This document shows, one piece after another, positions 1-9,700 of a stretch of 64,000 nucleotides of DNA. Made by a program: the position numbers and the translations under genes. The notes under the pieces are model-generated. The model was not told the DNA's origin and did no database searches. It saw only the letters and a program-made list of their open reading frames with translations. Source of the DNA: a virus; IMG/VR virus record IMGVR_UViG_3300043446_003702, positions 64,001 through 128,000 of that record; one strand, written 5' to 3'. Within the stretch, counting starts at the first letter, position 1. Every line of letters starts with the position of its first letter.

Positions 1-924
1 CCAGCCTTCTTGCTCACGAATAACATCTATCTCTCTAGTCATTACACCACGATTTTGCCAGTTACTGAGATAATGTTGTTTGAAAAAACGGCTTTGTTCA
101 CCTTCATAAATCATCATTGGTAAGTCTAATTGATGATATAATTCATCTGCCACACGTCCTGCCAGCAACCTTGGATCACTATCCTCTACAGTTTTCCAAA
201 TTTCTGCCAAAGCGTCAAAGTCTTGTACTTCACGATGGTCCCAGTTGGTAAGCATGGTCATGTATGTGCCCTGTCTAGCACCGGCCATGGCCCACTGTCC
301 GTTGTTGACGTCAGCACCGATGTTGTGCCATATGGTAAGGTTGTCCAGATTACGTTGATGCACACGATCTTGAAACTCAGACACTGTGGGTCGAGCGCCT
401 TTGTTGAGACACATTTTTACCCCTTCGCGGAATCCTGCACGCCAGGCTTGAAAAGGTGAACCATTGGGATATGTGGTTGAGTAGCAATCATGCATGGCCC
501 AGTACAATGGATCAAAACAAAACTCAACTTCTGTTTCAGTTCTGCCATCTGTGGCTTCGTGTGTGCGCATGTTCTTTACAAATTCTCGTGTCCATGAACT
601 TAGGCCACCATTGCCATACCTAAGTCCATTGATGTGATTGCGGGCACGCCAACGGTACACGGCTTGCTCCCACTCTGGAGTCTCAAATGTCAATGTTTGA
701 TTGAAAAACTCAGCAGTGGGCAAATTGTCACCATCAATCAAGATAAATCGTTCAGTGGCACTGGCAGCGGCAGCGGCTTTGTGTGCTGCATCTGATCCTT
801 TGACACCATCTACTCTGGTGGCCCAGGGCACCATGTTCTTGATCAATAACCAATTTTCTTCTCGATCAGGCTCATCATAAGTTAGATAAATGCAGTCTAA
901 ATCTGCAACGTCAATTTGATTCAT
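1..924 (-). CDS. Glycosyltransferase-like protein (GT-A fold), runs to the left window edge
   Basis: Absent from the ORF track; translated by hand from ATG at 924: MNQIDVADLDCIYLTYDEPDREENW...DGVKGSDAAHKAAAAASATERFILIDGDN...IREQEGW. DxD-type IDGD motif after a hydrophobic strand; start overlaps the end of the preceding ORF. Confidence 0.65.
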   Translation of the reverse strand, partial: MNQIDVADLDCIYLTYDEPDREENWLLIKNMVPWATRVDGVKGSDAAHKAAAAASATERFILIDGDNLPTAEFFNQTLTFETPEWEQAVYRWRARNHINGLRYGNGGLSSWTREFVKNMRTHEATDGRTETEVEFCFDPLYWAMHDCYSTTYPNGSPFQAWRAGFREGVKMCLNKGARPTVSEFQDRVHQRNLDNLTIWHNIGADVNNGQWAMAGARQGTYMTMLTNWDHREVQDFDALAEIWKTVEDSDPRLLAGRVADELYHQLDLPMMIYEGEQSRFFKQHYLSNWQNRGVMTREIDVIREQEGW

Positions 925-1246
925 AAGTTCTTTTGCTCCAGCGAGTATGAGGTTGGTCCTCGGCAACGATTACAGCGACATTGTCAGGATGACAAGGGGT
1001 GCCACTGTTGCCGGGGACCAATTTTGCAGTGGTTGCCCATGTTACTTCAATTATCTTTCCATCACGTACACGCACATTGGAATTGCGGCGACGATATTCT
1101 TCTGGTGTTACCTCAATATATGTACCGGGCTCATCAGCCATGCTGTAGAATAGTGGAACACCATTGTCATTGTAGTATAATCTATAAAATGGTTGTTGTG
1201 GTTCAGGCACGGCTTGAAACAGTGCAATTAATTCTTCAGAAGTCAT
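911..1246 (-). CDS. Hypothetical protein (111 aa) in the glycosyltransferase operon
   Basis: Track ORF 911..1330; start moved to the ATG at 1246, which forms an ATGA overlap with the stop of the upstream gene. Confidence 0.7.
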   Translation of the reverse strand: MTSEELIALFQAVPEPQQPFYRLYYNDNGVPLFYSMADEPGTYIEVTPEEYRRRNSNVRVRDGKIIEVTWATTAKLVPGNSGTPCHPDNVAVIVAEDQPHTRWSKRTYESN

Positions 1247-2010
1247 GCTTGCCACTCTTTGACATGGTAATGAAACGCACCTGTTTGCGGCACAGTTTGT
1301 ATACGTAGTCTCCAGTCCTGGTATTCCCAAACAAGTTCATTGAGCCAGGCTTCGGTGTTGGTACCTGCTATGTGTCTTTTCATGTGTGCAATTTTTGGGT
1401 ATGTGCTAAATGGCATTGTAACTCGTTCTGGTCCCATGATTTGGGCAACCATGGCATATACCAAATCAGTAGATGGCACTTCATCGGCAAACTTTAGCAG
1501 TTTCTTGAACTCTGGCCAATTGGCAAATATTTGTTTCACCCAACCAAAAAATTCATGAGCAGTTTCACTGCGTCGCCAGTATGTAATGGCATTGTACACA
1601 TCAGGCAAATTGTTGATATCAAACACACGTCGATAGTGTCGTGCTGTGCTGACGTTGTCTTTCCAATCTCTACAGCCTGTGGATATCACGACATCACGAT
1701 GTCTAAATTGTGTCCACCAGTGGTCAATGGGACTCACTATCAGCATGTCTGCTTCTAGTTTGATGGTTTCGCGAAATGGTGTGAGAGCAAACAGTTGTGC
1801 ATCATTGGCATAGGGATTGGCCATGGGTATAATCTGTCTGTGATGATCAAACAAGGAATCAATGTCGGGACTGTCTGTGATTAGACAAATCCTCGCATTT
1901 TTATCCCAGTAGCGTATGGTCTTGGCCAAGGTGCGGGCACAGTCAATATAGTTCACTGTGTCGCTGTTGACTGCTACAATCACATAACCTTGTTCATCCA
2001 GTGGCTGCAA
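1243..2010 (-). CDS. GT8-like nucleotide-sugar transferase
   Basis: GYVIVA...NYIDCARTLAKTIR...ICLITD...LTPFRETIKLEADM: GT-A/GT8 layout with an EAD variant of the DxD motif. Confidence 0.65.
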   Translation of the reverse strand: MQPLDEQGYVIVAVNSDTVNYIDCARTLAKTIRYWDKNARICLITDSPDIDSLFDHHRQIIPMANPYANDAQLFALTPFRETIKLEADMLIVSPIDHWWTQFRHRDVVISTGCRDWKDNVSTARHYRRVFDINNLPDVYNAITYWRRSETAHEFFGWVKQIFANWPEFKKLLKFADEVPSTDLVYAMVAQIMGPERVTMPFSTYPKIAHMKRHIAGTNTEAWLNELVWEYQDWRLRIQTVPQTGAFHYHVKEWQA

Positions 2011-2848
2011 CTATGGCCTCCAGGTGCTTTTTACACATAGCATGAAAGTCTATGCCTGCCCAACTCATGGTTTTGAGTCGGCCTTCTGTGTTGGTGTACG
2101 TAACTTCATAATGATCCTGTTCAACACAGGTCAACCCGTGTTCTGGCATGACGTTCATCATGGGCATGAATATCTCATGCACTGATTGGTCGGCACCTGC
2201 TACCAGCCCAAGAGCAATGCTCAATGCATAGTCATTACGATAGTTGGTTTCATGAATACCATATAAGTCTCGGTAGTGCTGCCAGTTGTTTCGTATCATT
2301 TGCATTGAATCAAATATGTATTGGCTAATATTGCCACGACGAAACATCATCACAGTTGCCCACCACATGGGCATGTTGTGTGCGCCAAATGTGGCAAGAT
2401 TCATCATGCTGGCAGGATCAAATGATTCCCGGAAGGCTGCAAATTGTTGCGGTAGTGCCAACAAGTCCAATAACTTATTGCTGGCCACAACATAGTCAGC
2501 ATCCAGTACTATGGTTTGATCAAACGGAGATAACTCATAGGCATTGATTCGTCCAGCATTGTGCCAGGTCACCGTGGTGCCGTAGTCTGCAAAATGTCTT
2601 GTACCGCCGGTGTCTGCCACAGTTGCAATGATATGTTCAAATTCATATTGTGCAGCCGCTCCGGGAGCATCTGTGATCACTGCCACAGGCAAGTGTAAAT
2701 GGCGACGAACGTTCTTTGCACTCCATGCTGCCATGGCAATGTAGTCTGTGGCTTCATTGTTGAATGCAAAGATTACAACACCTTGACTCAGCGTTTTTTG
2801 TTTAGTTCGTCCCATTCCACTTTCCATGCGTTCATTTGTTCTTGCCAA
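1994..2848 (-). CDS. GT8-like nucleotide-sugar transferase (true start probably nearer 2790-2815)
   Basis: GVVIFAFNN...DYIAMA...PVAVITD...YELSPFDQTIVLDADY (DAD motif)...YRNDYALSIA; paralogous to the next gene. Confidence 0.7.
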   Translation of the reverse strand: MARTNERMESGMGRTKQKTLSQGVVIFAFNNEATDYIAMAAWSAKNVRRHLHLPVAVITDAPGAAAQYEFEHIIATVADTGGTRHFADYGTTVTWHNAGRINAYELSPFDQTIVLDADYVVASNKLLDLLALPQQFAAFRESFDPASMMNLATFGAHNMPMWWATVMMFRRGNISQYIFDSMQMIRNNWQHYRDLYGIHETNYRNDYALSIALGLVAGADQSVHEIFMPMMNVMPEHGLTCVEQDHYEVTYTNTEGRLKTMSWAGIDFHAMCKKHLEAIVAATG

Positions 2849-3096
2849 CGTTCGTGCGCTAGAGCAAACAAGTCTGTCACTGTGATCCGTACCGGAGTTT
2901 CATACAAGTCCAACAACACAACATCTTTATCTTGTGCGCAGGCCAGCAGTGTGGTCAGCAAGTCGGGACCAGCACGCCACATGCCACCCCCGTGTGCAAA
3001 AACCATTTTTGACTCGTATTTTTCTTTGAGCACCCGTCTTGCGGCTGCATGATCAAATCGTGCTCGTGCGTGAGCTACTAGGGCTTCAGTATCCAT
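2788..3096 (-). CDS. Hypothetical protein, first gene of the glycosyltransferase operon
   Basis: Clean 102-aa ORF directly behind a sigma70-type promoter. Confidence 0.75.
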   Translation of the reverse strand: MDTEALVAHARARFDHAAARRVLKEKYESKMVFAHGGGMWRAGPDLLTTLLACAQDKDVVLLDLYETPVRITVTDLFALAHERWQEQMNAWKVEWDELNKKR

Positions 3097-3101
3097 AGTG
3101 T

Positions 3102-3130
3102 ATTATATAGAGAAAGTGGGAAAAAGTAAA
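3102..3130 (-). promoter_or_regulatory. Sigma70-type promoter TTTACT-17-TATAAT
   Basis: Minus strand: TTTACT (3130-3125), 17-nt spacer, TATAAT (3107-3102), 5 nt before the ATG at 3096. Confidence 0.7.
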
Positions 3131-3148
3131 GGGGCTGTTGCCCCTTTT
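3121..3148 (-). terminator. Intrinsic terminator after the fibre genes
   Basis: AAAGGGGC-AACA-GCCCCTTT hairpin followed by ACTTTTT on the minus strand, immediately after the stop at 3151. Confidence 0.75.
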
Positions 3149-3150
3149 GG

Positions 3151-4119
3151 TTACACTGTTGTGGCAGCCACTGTGGGAGTTCCCCAGGTGTTGGTAAGAT
3201 AGGTTGTTTCTGGTGGAAAATACGTCACAATAGTACAAGGAGCTGTGCCTGGGGTGGCTCCTGTTGGCGCTGTACCACCAGTAATTGGATCAGGATTGCC
3301 CGGGCCCACATCATTAGCTGACCAAAGTGTGGTGATTACTAGAGTGGTTGAAGCGGCACCTTTGGCAATGCTGTGCTGAATGAAATTGGTAGTATAAGGT
3401 GCTGTGTCAGCAAACTGTTTATATACAATTGTAGCAGCAGCGCCGGCTACCAAAGCATCCCATCCGGTAGCGGTCAACAGTGTGTTTGGGGTACCTGTGC
3501 CACCAATTTTTGTGGTACCAGTATAGGCCACACCGGCAATGGTGTGACTGGTACCCAAACCAGAAATATAGATGTCACCGCATAAGTTGCCGGCCAAGTC
3601 ATTCCATTCGGGATCACCAGTGGCTCCTGTAGAACTTTTTGCTACGTCAATTTTAACTGTACCGCCTGCGTTGAAAAAATTTGTAGCCGCGGTGGCATTG
3701 GCAAATGTCACTGTGTTGGTAAAGGTAATAGTCCATGCAGCCCCCGAAGTGGCAGTGGTTTTAGAGTTGGTGCCAGTCCATGCAGTGTATTGTGTGCCTT
3801 GTGCATAGGCATTATAGCGATTGGTATAACAACTGGAGATGTCAGTGTTAACGTTGGCTAAAATATTAACGGTATTGCCTGCCTGAGGGGCTGTTCTTGC
3901 AGTGACAGTTGTGGGTTGATGCGCTGCCATGTTGGTTACGGTATTGACCAAAGTGGCCCATTGTGTTGCTGTCACTGTGTTGGCCGCTGCGGTAACAGTT
4001 GCCAGTGCGGTTTGCCCATATGTGGTGTTCCATGTGGCATTGATGTTGGCGCCAACAGTGTCGTTTACAAAACCATTGTAATCTGCTGCAAGAATTGTGC
4101 TACCTGATGAATATGTCAT
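3151..4119 (-). CDS. Virion structural/fibre-associated protein
   Basis: Thr/Ala/Gly-rich, beta-type composition; last gene of the baseplate/fibre operon. Confidence 0.6.
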   Translation of the reverse strand: MTYSSGSTILAADYNGFVNDTVGANINATWNTTYGQTALATVTAAANTVTATQWATLVNTVTNMAAHQPTTVTARTAPQAGNTVNILANVNTDISSCYTNRYNAYAQGTQYTAWTGTNSKTTATSGAAWTITFTNTVTFANATAATNFFNAGGTVKIDVAKSSTGATGDPEWNDLAGNLCGDIYISGLGTSHTIAGVAYTGTTKIGGTGTPNTLLTATGWDALVAGAAATIVYKQFADTAPYTTNFIQHSIAKGAASTTLVITTLWSANDVGPGNPDPITGGTAPTGATPGTAPCTIVTYFPPETTYLTNTWGTPTVAATTV

Positions 4120-4132
4120 ATCTCGTTCCTAA

Positions 4133-5917
4133 TTATTTGATCGTTACAATCGCTTCGATCGTTCCCAGTTCAGGTGTGTGTTTGTTTTCTAGTGAACGCC
4201 CAATCACATTAAATGCTGTGGCTTCTCCAGGCTTGGCTGCTCTTGCAACACCTTTGCCAGCACTGACCAATCTGTCACCTTTGTGAACTGCGCCCACACA
4301 TTTTACAGGAACTCGACCTGTCATTGCAACAGCTGGATGGGTGTCGTCTTCCCCTGCTCCACCGTTCATTGTATAGGCTGGTCTTGTACTTATAACGCCA
4401 AATACATTGTCGCTTAAATCTTGAGTTGATCTGGTAATTTCTTTGGTACCACCTAATTCTACCACTGTACCTGGTTCTAACAGTTCATCTGCGGCAAAAC
4501 GTTCTGCAACGTCAGCGTAGAGTGCAGTGGTAGCAGTGGCAAACACACGGTTGAAATAATTAGAACTTGAGCCAATATTGCCTGAGGCATTTGGACCATA
4601 TTTGTCTATGGTATTCACACTTATGTTGGCGTACAATGTTGAGGAGTCAATGACCACAACATTACTGGTACCACCCACATTGAAGTTAATATTGCCATCA
4701 GGCACGCCAATGTTGCCTTGTGTGTTCCCATTCACAAACTTGGTTACACTGACAGCAGCACTGACCCCAGTGAGTTGTGATCCGTTGCCAATAAAATACT
4801 TGGTACCAATGTCCACATTGCCTTGTCCAGTGATGTTACCAGTTACCGATATCAATCCACTTGTGCGCAGATTACCTGCTTGTACATTGGCTGTGGCGCT
4901 GACTGTGGTTGCGGCCACCAACACAGTGTTGACGTTGCCACCAGTGACGTTGCCTGTGGCTGAAACCAAACCTGCTGTCAACAGGTTACCACCTGTGGTG
5001 TTGCCTGTGACACTGAGAGTTGTGCCCACTGTGGCAGCATTGCTGATGGCAAAGTTGCCAGATGCACCAAGAGCTCTGGCCACGTTGTACAGAGTTCCGC
5101 CAACATTGGCTTGAATTACTAGGTTGCCGTTTGACACTGTGCTCAATACATTTGCATCTGTGCTTGTGGTATTGACGCTGAATACATTGCTTACGCCTAC
5201 AAACATGCCAGTATTGTTTTGAACACGTAAAGTGCCTGTAGTGGCTGTGTTAGTATCTGAACGCATAAATTGGCTGCTGTCCAAGCTGTCTAACAACTGC
5301 GCATTGGTGGCTGACCCAGCAAACACCGCACCCGACACACTTGCGCTCAACGTGACGCCAGGGTAGATGGTTGGGAAAGCAGTGACCAGTGCTGCTTCAG
5401 GTGTGAAACTGGCACCATCATAAATTATAGCCACTCGCACATTGTTCACATACAAACTGGTAATATAGCGAGTTGCACCAACATTGTTTAAAATAGTTTC
5501 TGGAATAGCACCAGAAGTACCTTGAGCACTTGAATAACCTGGTCCAACCACTAAAAATGTTGAGCCAGTATACACTTTCAACTGTTGATTTGTGGTATCG
5601 TACCACAAATCGCCTGTGACGTTGCTACTGGGTGCGCTGGCAGAACTTGTGGCAGCACTGATTGTTTTAAAAATGGTGCCGTTGTAAACCTTGAGTAAAT
5701 TGTTGGTTTTATCCCACCACAATTGGCCTGTCAGAGGCGAAGCTGGAGCTGTGGTGTTTGAACCACTTTCCAATAAATGTATGAAGTTTTCGTCCAAAAA
5801 TTCACCGTAGCCGGCGTAGTTCTTACCCACCAAGATCATTGAACTTGATGTATTAATGGTACCATCAGCAATGGTAGCAAAAACTGTGCCGTCTGTGAGA
5901 TTGATTGTATATGCCAT
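4133..5917 (-). CDS. Tail fibre/spike protein with C-terminal intramolecular chaperone (peptidase G2-like) domain
   Basis: N-terminal LVGKNYAGYGE..ENFIHLLE...GQLWWD; central GNxTGGN repeats; C-terminal ALYADVAERF..D..LEPGTVV...GVIST.PAY.MN...VAMTGRVPVK...KGD.LVS. Confidence 0.7.
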   Translation of the reverse strand: MAYTINLTDGTVFATIADGTINTSSSMILVGKNYAGYGEFLDENFIHLLESGSNTTAPASPLTGQLWWDKTNNLLKVYNGTIFKTISAATSSASAPSSNVTGDLWYDTTNQQLKVYTGSTFLVVGPGYSSAQGTSGAIPETILNNVGATRYITSLYVNNVRVAIIYDGASFTPEAALVTAFPTIYPGVTLSASVSGAVFAGSATNAQLLDSLDSSQFMRSDTNTATTGTLRVQNNTGMFVGVSNVFSVNTTSTDANVLSTVSNGNLVIQANVGGTLYNVARALGASGNFAISNAATVGTTLSVTGNTTGGNLLTAGLVSATGNVTGGNVNTVLVAATTVSATANVQAGNLRTSGLISVTGNITGQGNVDIGTKYFIGNGSQLTGVSAAVSVTKFVNGNTQGNIGVPDGNINFNVGGTSNVVVIDSSTLYANISVNTIDKYGPNASGNIGSSSNYFNRVFATATTALYADVAERFAADELLEPGTVVELGGTKEITRSTQDLSDNVFGVISTRPAYTMNGGAGEDDTHPAVAMTGRVPVKCVGAVHKGDRLVSAGKGVARAAKPGEATAFNVIGRSLENKHTPELGTIEAIVTIK

Positions 5918-5938
5918 GTCAAAAGTTCCTAGTTGCTA

Positions 5939-5946
5939 TATTTATA
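5939..5946 (-). promoter_or_regulatory. T4-type late promoter TATAAATA
   Basis: Exact consensus upstream of the 5917 start; a gp55-like sigma factor is encoded in the window. Confidence 0.7.
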
Positions 5947-6550
5947 CAGCATTTATGTTGCTCAGCGTCTGTATACGCAGGGTATAATCAATTTGAATCT
6001 GTCGATTCAAACTTTTTTGTACAGGGTGAAAAATCACATGGGTAATCAAGCGTAGATTATCTACAGATCCGTTCCATGTTTTTAAGCCAAGTTCATCAAA
6101 CACAAATTCACCACTGAAATTTGTTGAATTGTCAAATGCTTGCTGTTCTGGTGGTTCACCGTAGTCCAACAAGCAACTCACAAGAATATCGCTGTAAACG
6201 TTGCCGCTGGTGTGTAGCGGGGTCATTTTGTTGTTTTCAGGGTCTGTGTCCGCTGCTGAATTATCGTTTACAACTTTGGAATAAGTTTGATTGTACAAGT
6301 CAGCATTTTGTCCTATGGTGTTTGGTGGCAAATAAGTGATCACTCCAGTAGGATCTACTGAACTGCCGCCATTACCAAAGGCCATTTCATATATGTAACC
6401 GGTGTTGCGATCGCTCAAGGTTTGAGCCATGGCCAAACTGATGTTTTCGTAGTGGATTGCGTTCTTTTTGTCCACCAACACTTCGCCAGTGTTAGGATCG
6501 TGTATCTTGACAAATCCTTCAATTTTGCACAGTCCGGGCTGTATTGTCAT
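5942..6550 (-). CDS. Baseplate/tail-associated structural protein
   Basis: MAFGNGG...FVFDELGL...LITHVIFHPVQKS.NR.IQIDYTLRI, typical of a myovirus baseplate fibre-attachment protein; operon position. Confidence 0.6.
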   Translation of the reverse strand: MTIQPGLCKIEGFVKIHDPNTGEVLVDKKNAIHYENISLAMAQTLSDRNTGYIYEMAFGNGGSSVDPTGVITYLPPNTIGQNADLYNQTYSKVVNDNSAADTDPENNKMTPLHTSGNVYSDILVSCLLDYGEPPEQQAFDNSTNFSGEFVFDELGLKTWNGSVDNLRLITHVIFHPVQKSLNRQIQIDYTLRIQTLSNINAV

Positions 6551-6696
6551 GCTCTGCCCTCCACATAAGTTTTTTGGGTTTTGGGGTCAAAAATCCTCAT
6601 GTGTGCCTGCACACTGATAGTGCCTGTTTCATTTGGGCGGCGCGGCACAGGCTGTTGCGCCTGCGGTTTTTTTTGATCTTGTGGTATATTTGCCAT
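6547..6696 (-). CDS. Small hypothetical protein (49 aa)
   Basis: Below the track cut-off: MANIPQDQKKPQAQQPVPRRPNETGTISVQAHMRIFDPKTQKTYVEGRA. Late-promoter-like GATAAATA at 6704-6711; ATGA overlap with the next gene. Confidence 0.65.
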   Translation of the reverse strand: MANIPQDQKKPQAQQPVPRRPNETGTISVQAHMRIFDPKTQKTYVEGRA

Positions 6697-6715
6697 GGTC
6701 ATTTATTTATCCGTG

Positions 6716-9700
6716 TTATCTGTCACACAAAAACCTTGCGGCTTGGGTATCAGTTTCTTGCAATGCTACACCGTTACTGGCAGAGTTTGTGCCTTGTTGA
6801 TACCAGGTCACACCACGACGTTGCAATATTGTAACTTCACTGCCAGCTGCCGGCGCAGAGTAAGTGCCATCAACAATAAACTCAATAGCCAAGGGATCAA
6901 ATAGCGAAACAATATATCGATATTGGCTATCAGCTGCGGTGTTGCTGTAATTGTACTGACGTATCCCGCCAACATATACTTCAATGCTTTCCACATACAC
7001 AGTGCTTGAATCACCAAAATCAGCAATGTCAATGTTGGGTGCATAGAATACCGCAGTGGTACCATCCCCAATGCCAGTATCCTTGACCACATAATCTTGA
7101 TAAGTGATGTTTAACAAATTACCCCGACCAAAATCATAAACTTCGGCGCCAGCCAAATGACTAGCAGCAGCAGTACCAGCAGTACCACGTTGTAATCCTG
7201 AAATCGTGTTCAGTGCCAGGTCACGATAACGATACATAATACGTTCGCCATCAATTGACACAACTCCAAATACACCCGCGGACAAATCAGGCTCAGATAA
7301 AGCTGCTGCTTGTTCCACATATATAATATCATCGGTGGCACTAAGTGCTTGTGTCAACACTGTGGTTGTGCCGGCAGTCATTCTATATGTGGCTTGTACA
7401 CCGCGCATGTCTTGGAAGATTCGGAAAGCTGCTGATTCGGGCACAATTGAATTTGTAAATTCAGTAACAATCAATGTTTGATTGGCGCCAATTACACCCT
7501 GTGCCAGTATCAAATATTGTCCTTGAATGGTATAATCAATGCCTTCAAACAATCTCATCCCATCCAATGTGACCCACAATCTACTGCCATTAATGTTTTC
7601 CCGCAGCAAGTCAAAATCATTGATGGGGATTGATATTCCTGTTTCTGCAGAAAAATCTCCAGGCAGTGGCTGCAATGGGTTGTTCAATGTAGGACTGTCG
7701 TAGTCAGTAGTGTCATAAGGTTGTGATATTACCACTCCTGTTTCAACTGGACCTTGGAAGGTCAATGTCGCAATATTTTGTTGTGTTGTGTCATTCCAAG
7801 TGATAACTGTGACAACATCATCAAGGTTCAACAGTGACCCAATTTGCAATGTAGAAGAAAATGCTGGGACGGATGCGTTGTAATCAAACAAACATTGGGC
7901 TAATGTGGATACTGCAATCAATATTGTATCGCCACTTTGTGGAGGATTTTCAAACACAACTTGTCGGCCTGGTGTGTTGCTGCCAGTCCAGTTTGTCACA
8001 CTGTACACACCATCTTCGGCACCAAATGCCTGTTTTTGCAACACACCGTTTACGTAGACTTGAACATCGTTGGGAGCATAAATGCTGCTTTGCAAGAAAC
8101 TAGAGCCCATACGTTGCGGCAGACCAAAACTGTTGGTGGTGCCATCCCCGACCCATTCAATACAACTTGGTCCCAGCAGTCGTTGTCCGTTGACCATGAC
8201 AATCATGTTGGCTGGATTGGTTGTAGTTGGTGGGCTCTCTAAAATCACGTTCTGATTGACAAGAATTCCTTGATCAACAATAAATGTTTCAATTACTGGA
8301 GTGCTCCAGCTTTGATAATTTGTAGGCACAAATTTTGCTGTTAATTCGCCAACCCAATTGGCTTGATCATTAATTAATGCAACTTCAGATATGCCATTTT
8401 CCGTGATCGTAATAGAGTCATCAACTATGCTGTGAATTGTATAATTTGTTCCAGTTACGACACCACCTAGACTGTAACCAGAGAATGTCACTGTTTGTCC
8501 AACAGACAAATTAGATGTTGATCCCAATAACACAACAGCATTACCTGAGGCTTCGGTGCCAGACACTACAATACTGGTAGCATTTCCTAGAACTACGACT
8601 GCTATTGCATCAGCTGCCGAAACAGTGGCAGTAATGGCCAGTCTAGTATTAATGGTTGGATTGTATGGCAACCAATAATTGGTATTGGTCAATGTTATTC
8701 CTGCAGGGACTGTTTGTAATGCTCTATAATAATTTCCTTGAGGAGAACCAGTCATTGATCCTGTTGCAGTAGACAACAAAAATGTAGTTGTGCTACCAGC
8801 GATCTCGCTGATGTAAAATTGTGTACTGTTTGCAATATTTTGCACATAGTATGTTTGGCCAGCAACAATGCCACCAAATACCGTGCCTGAAAACACAATA
8901 GGTTGCCCCACTGTCATTGCACTGGTGTTGTTACAAGTTAATACGTTATAGCCGCCAGTAGTGTTTGTAACTGTAATTTGATTATCATTAAAGATAATAT
9001 CCAAGGCCTGATATGTGTTATTCAAGTTCCATGATTGACTTGCGGCGTAAGGACGTAACTGAGGTTCAGCAACTAATTTGCCATTTATAAACACGTATGC
9101 CTGTACAATTTCTGCATAATTTACTGGTAGAATTACAATGTTGTCATTTGCCACCACTGTGGCACCATCATAATTTCCTCGGAACAACTGACTACCGCCA
9201 CCAACTTCATAAACATCGATGACAATAATGTCAAAGGCAGATACACTACCTACGTTAACAATGGTTACATATTGTTCGTTCCAGTTTACAGTATAATCAA
9301 TATCTTCAGTCAATACGTGTCCAGTGGTTAAATTAGAAACCACTATGTTGAATGGGTGTTCTACAACACCAGCCCAACTGTAGTCAAATGTAATCCCTGG
9401 CTCAAAAGTATAACGAATTGCACCAATTTGAAAACCGTGCCCATTAGAAGTCCAGTCAGCCCCTGGACGTGTGTACACACGTAAGTCCATGGTATCATAT
9501 TCAGCACCATTGATCAACTCTTCAGGCGCATGTCCTTCGTATGGTCCAATAAACTCACCGCCGTCAATATTGATGTCTGACGGACGTGTGCCAAGATAAA
9601 TGTCTGCAAATTCACTTTGGTAATTGGCATCTAATACTTGTGTACCAGTAAAATATTCGCCCCAAACTTGAACTCCTGGATAATCTACTCCGTCTACCAG

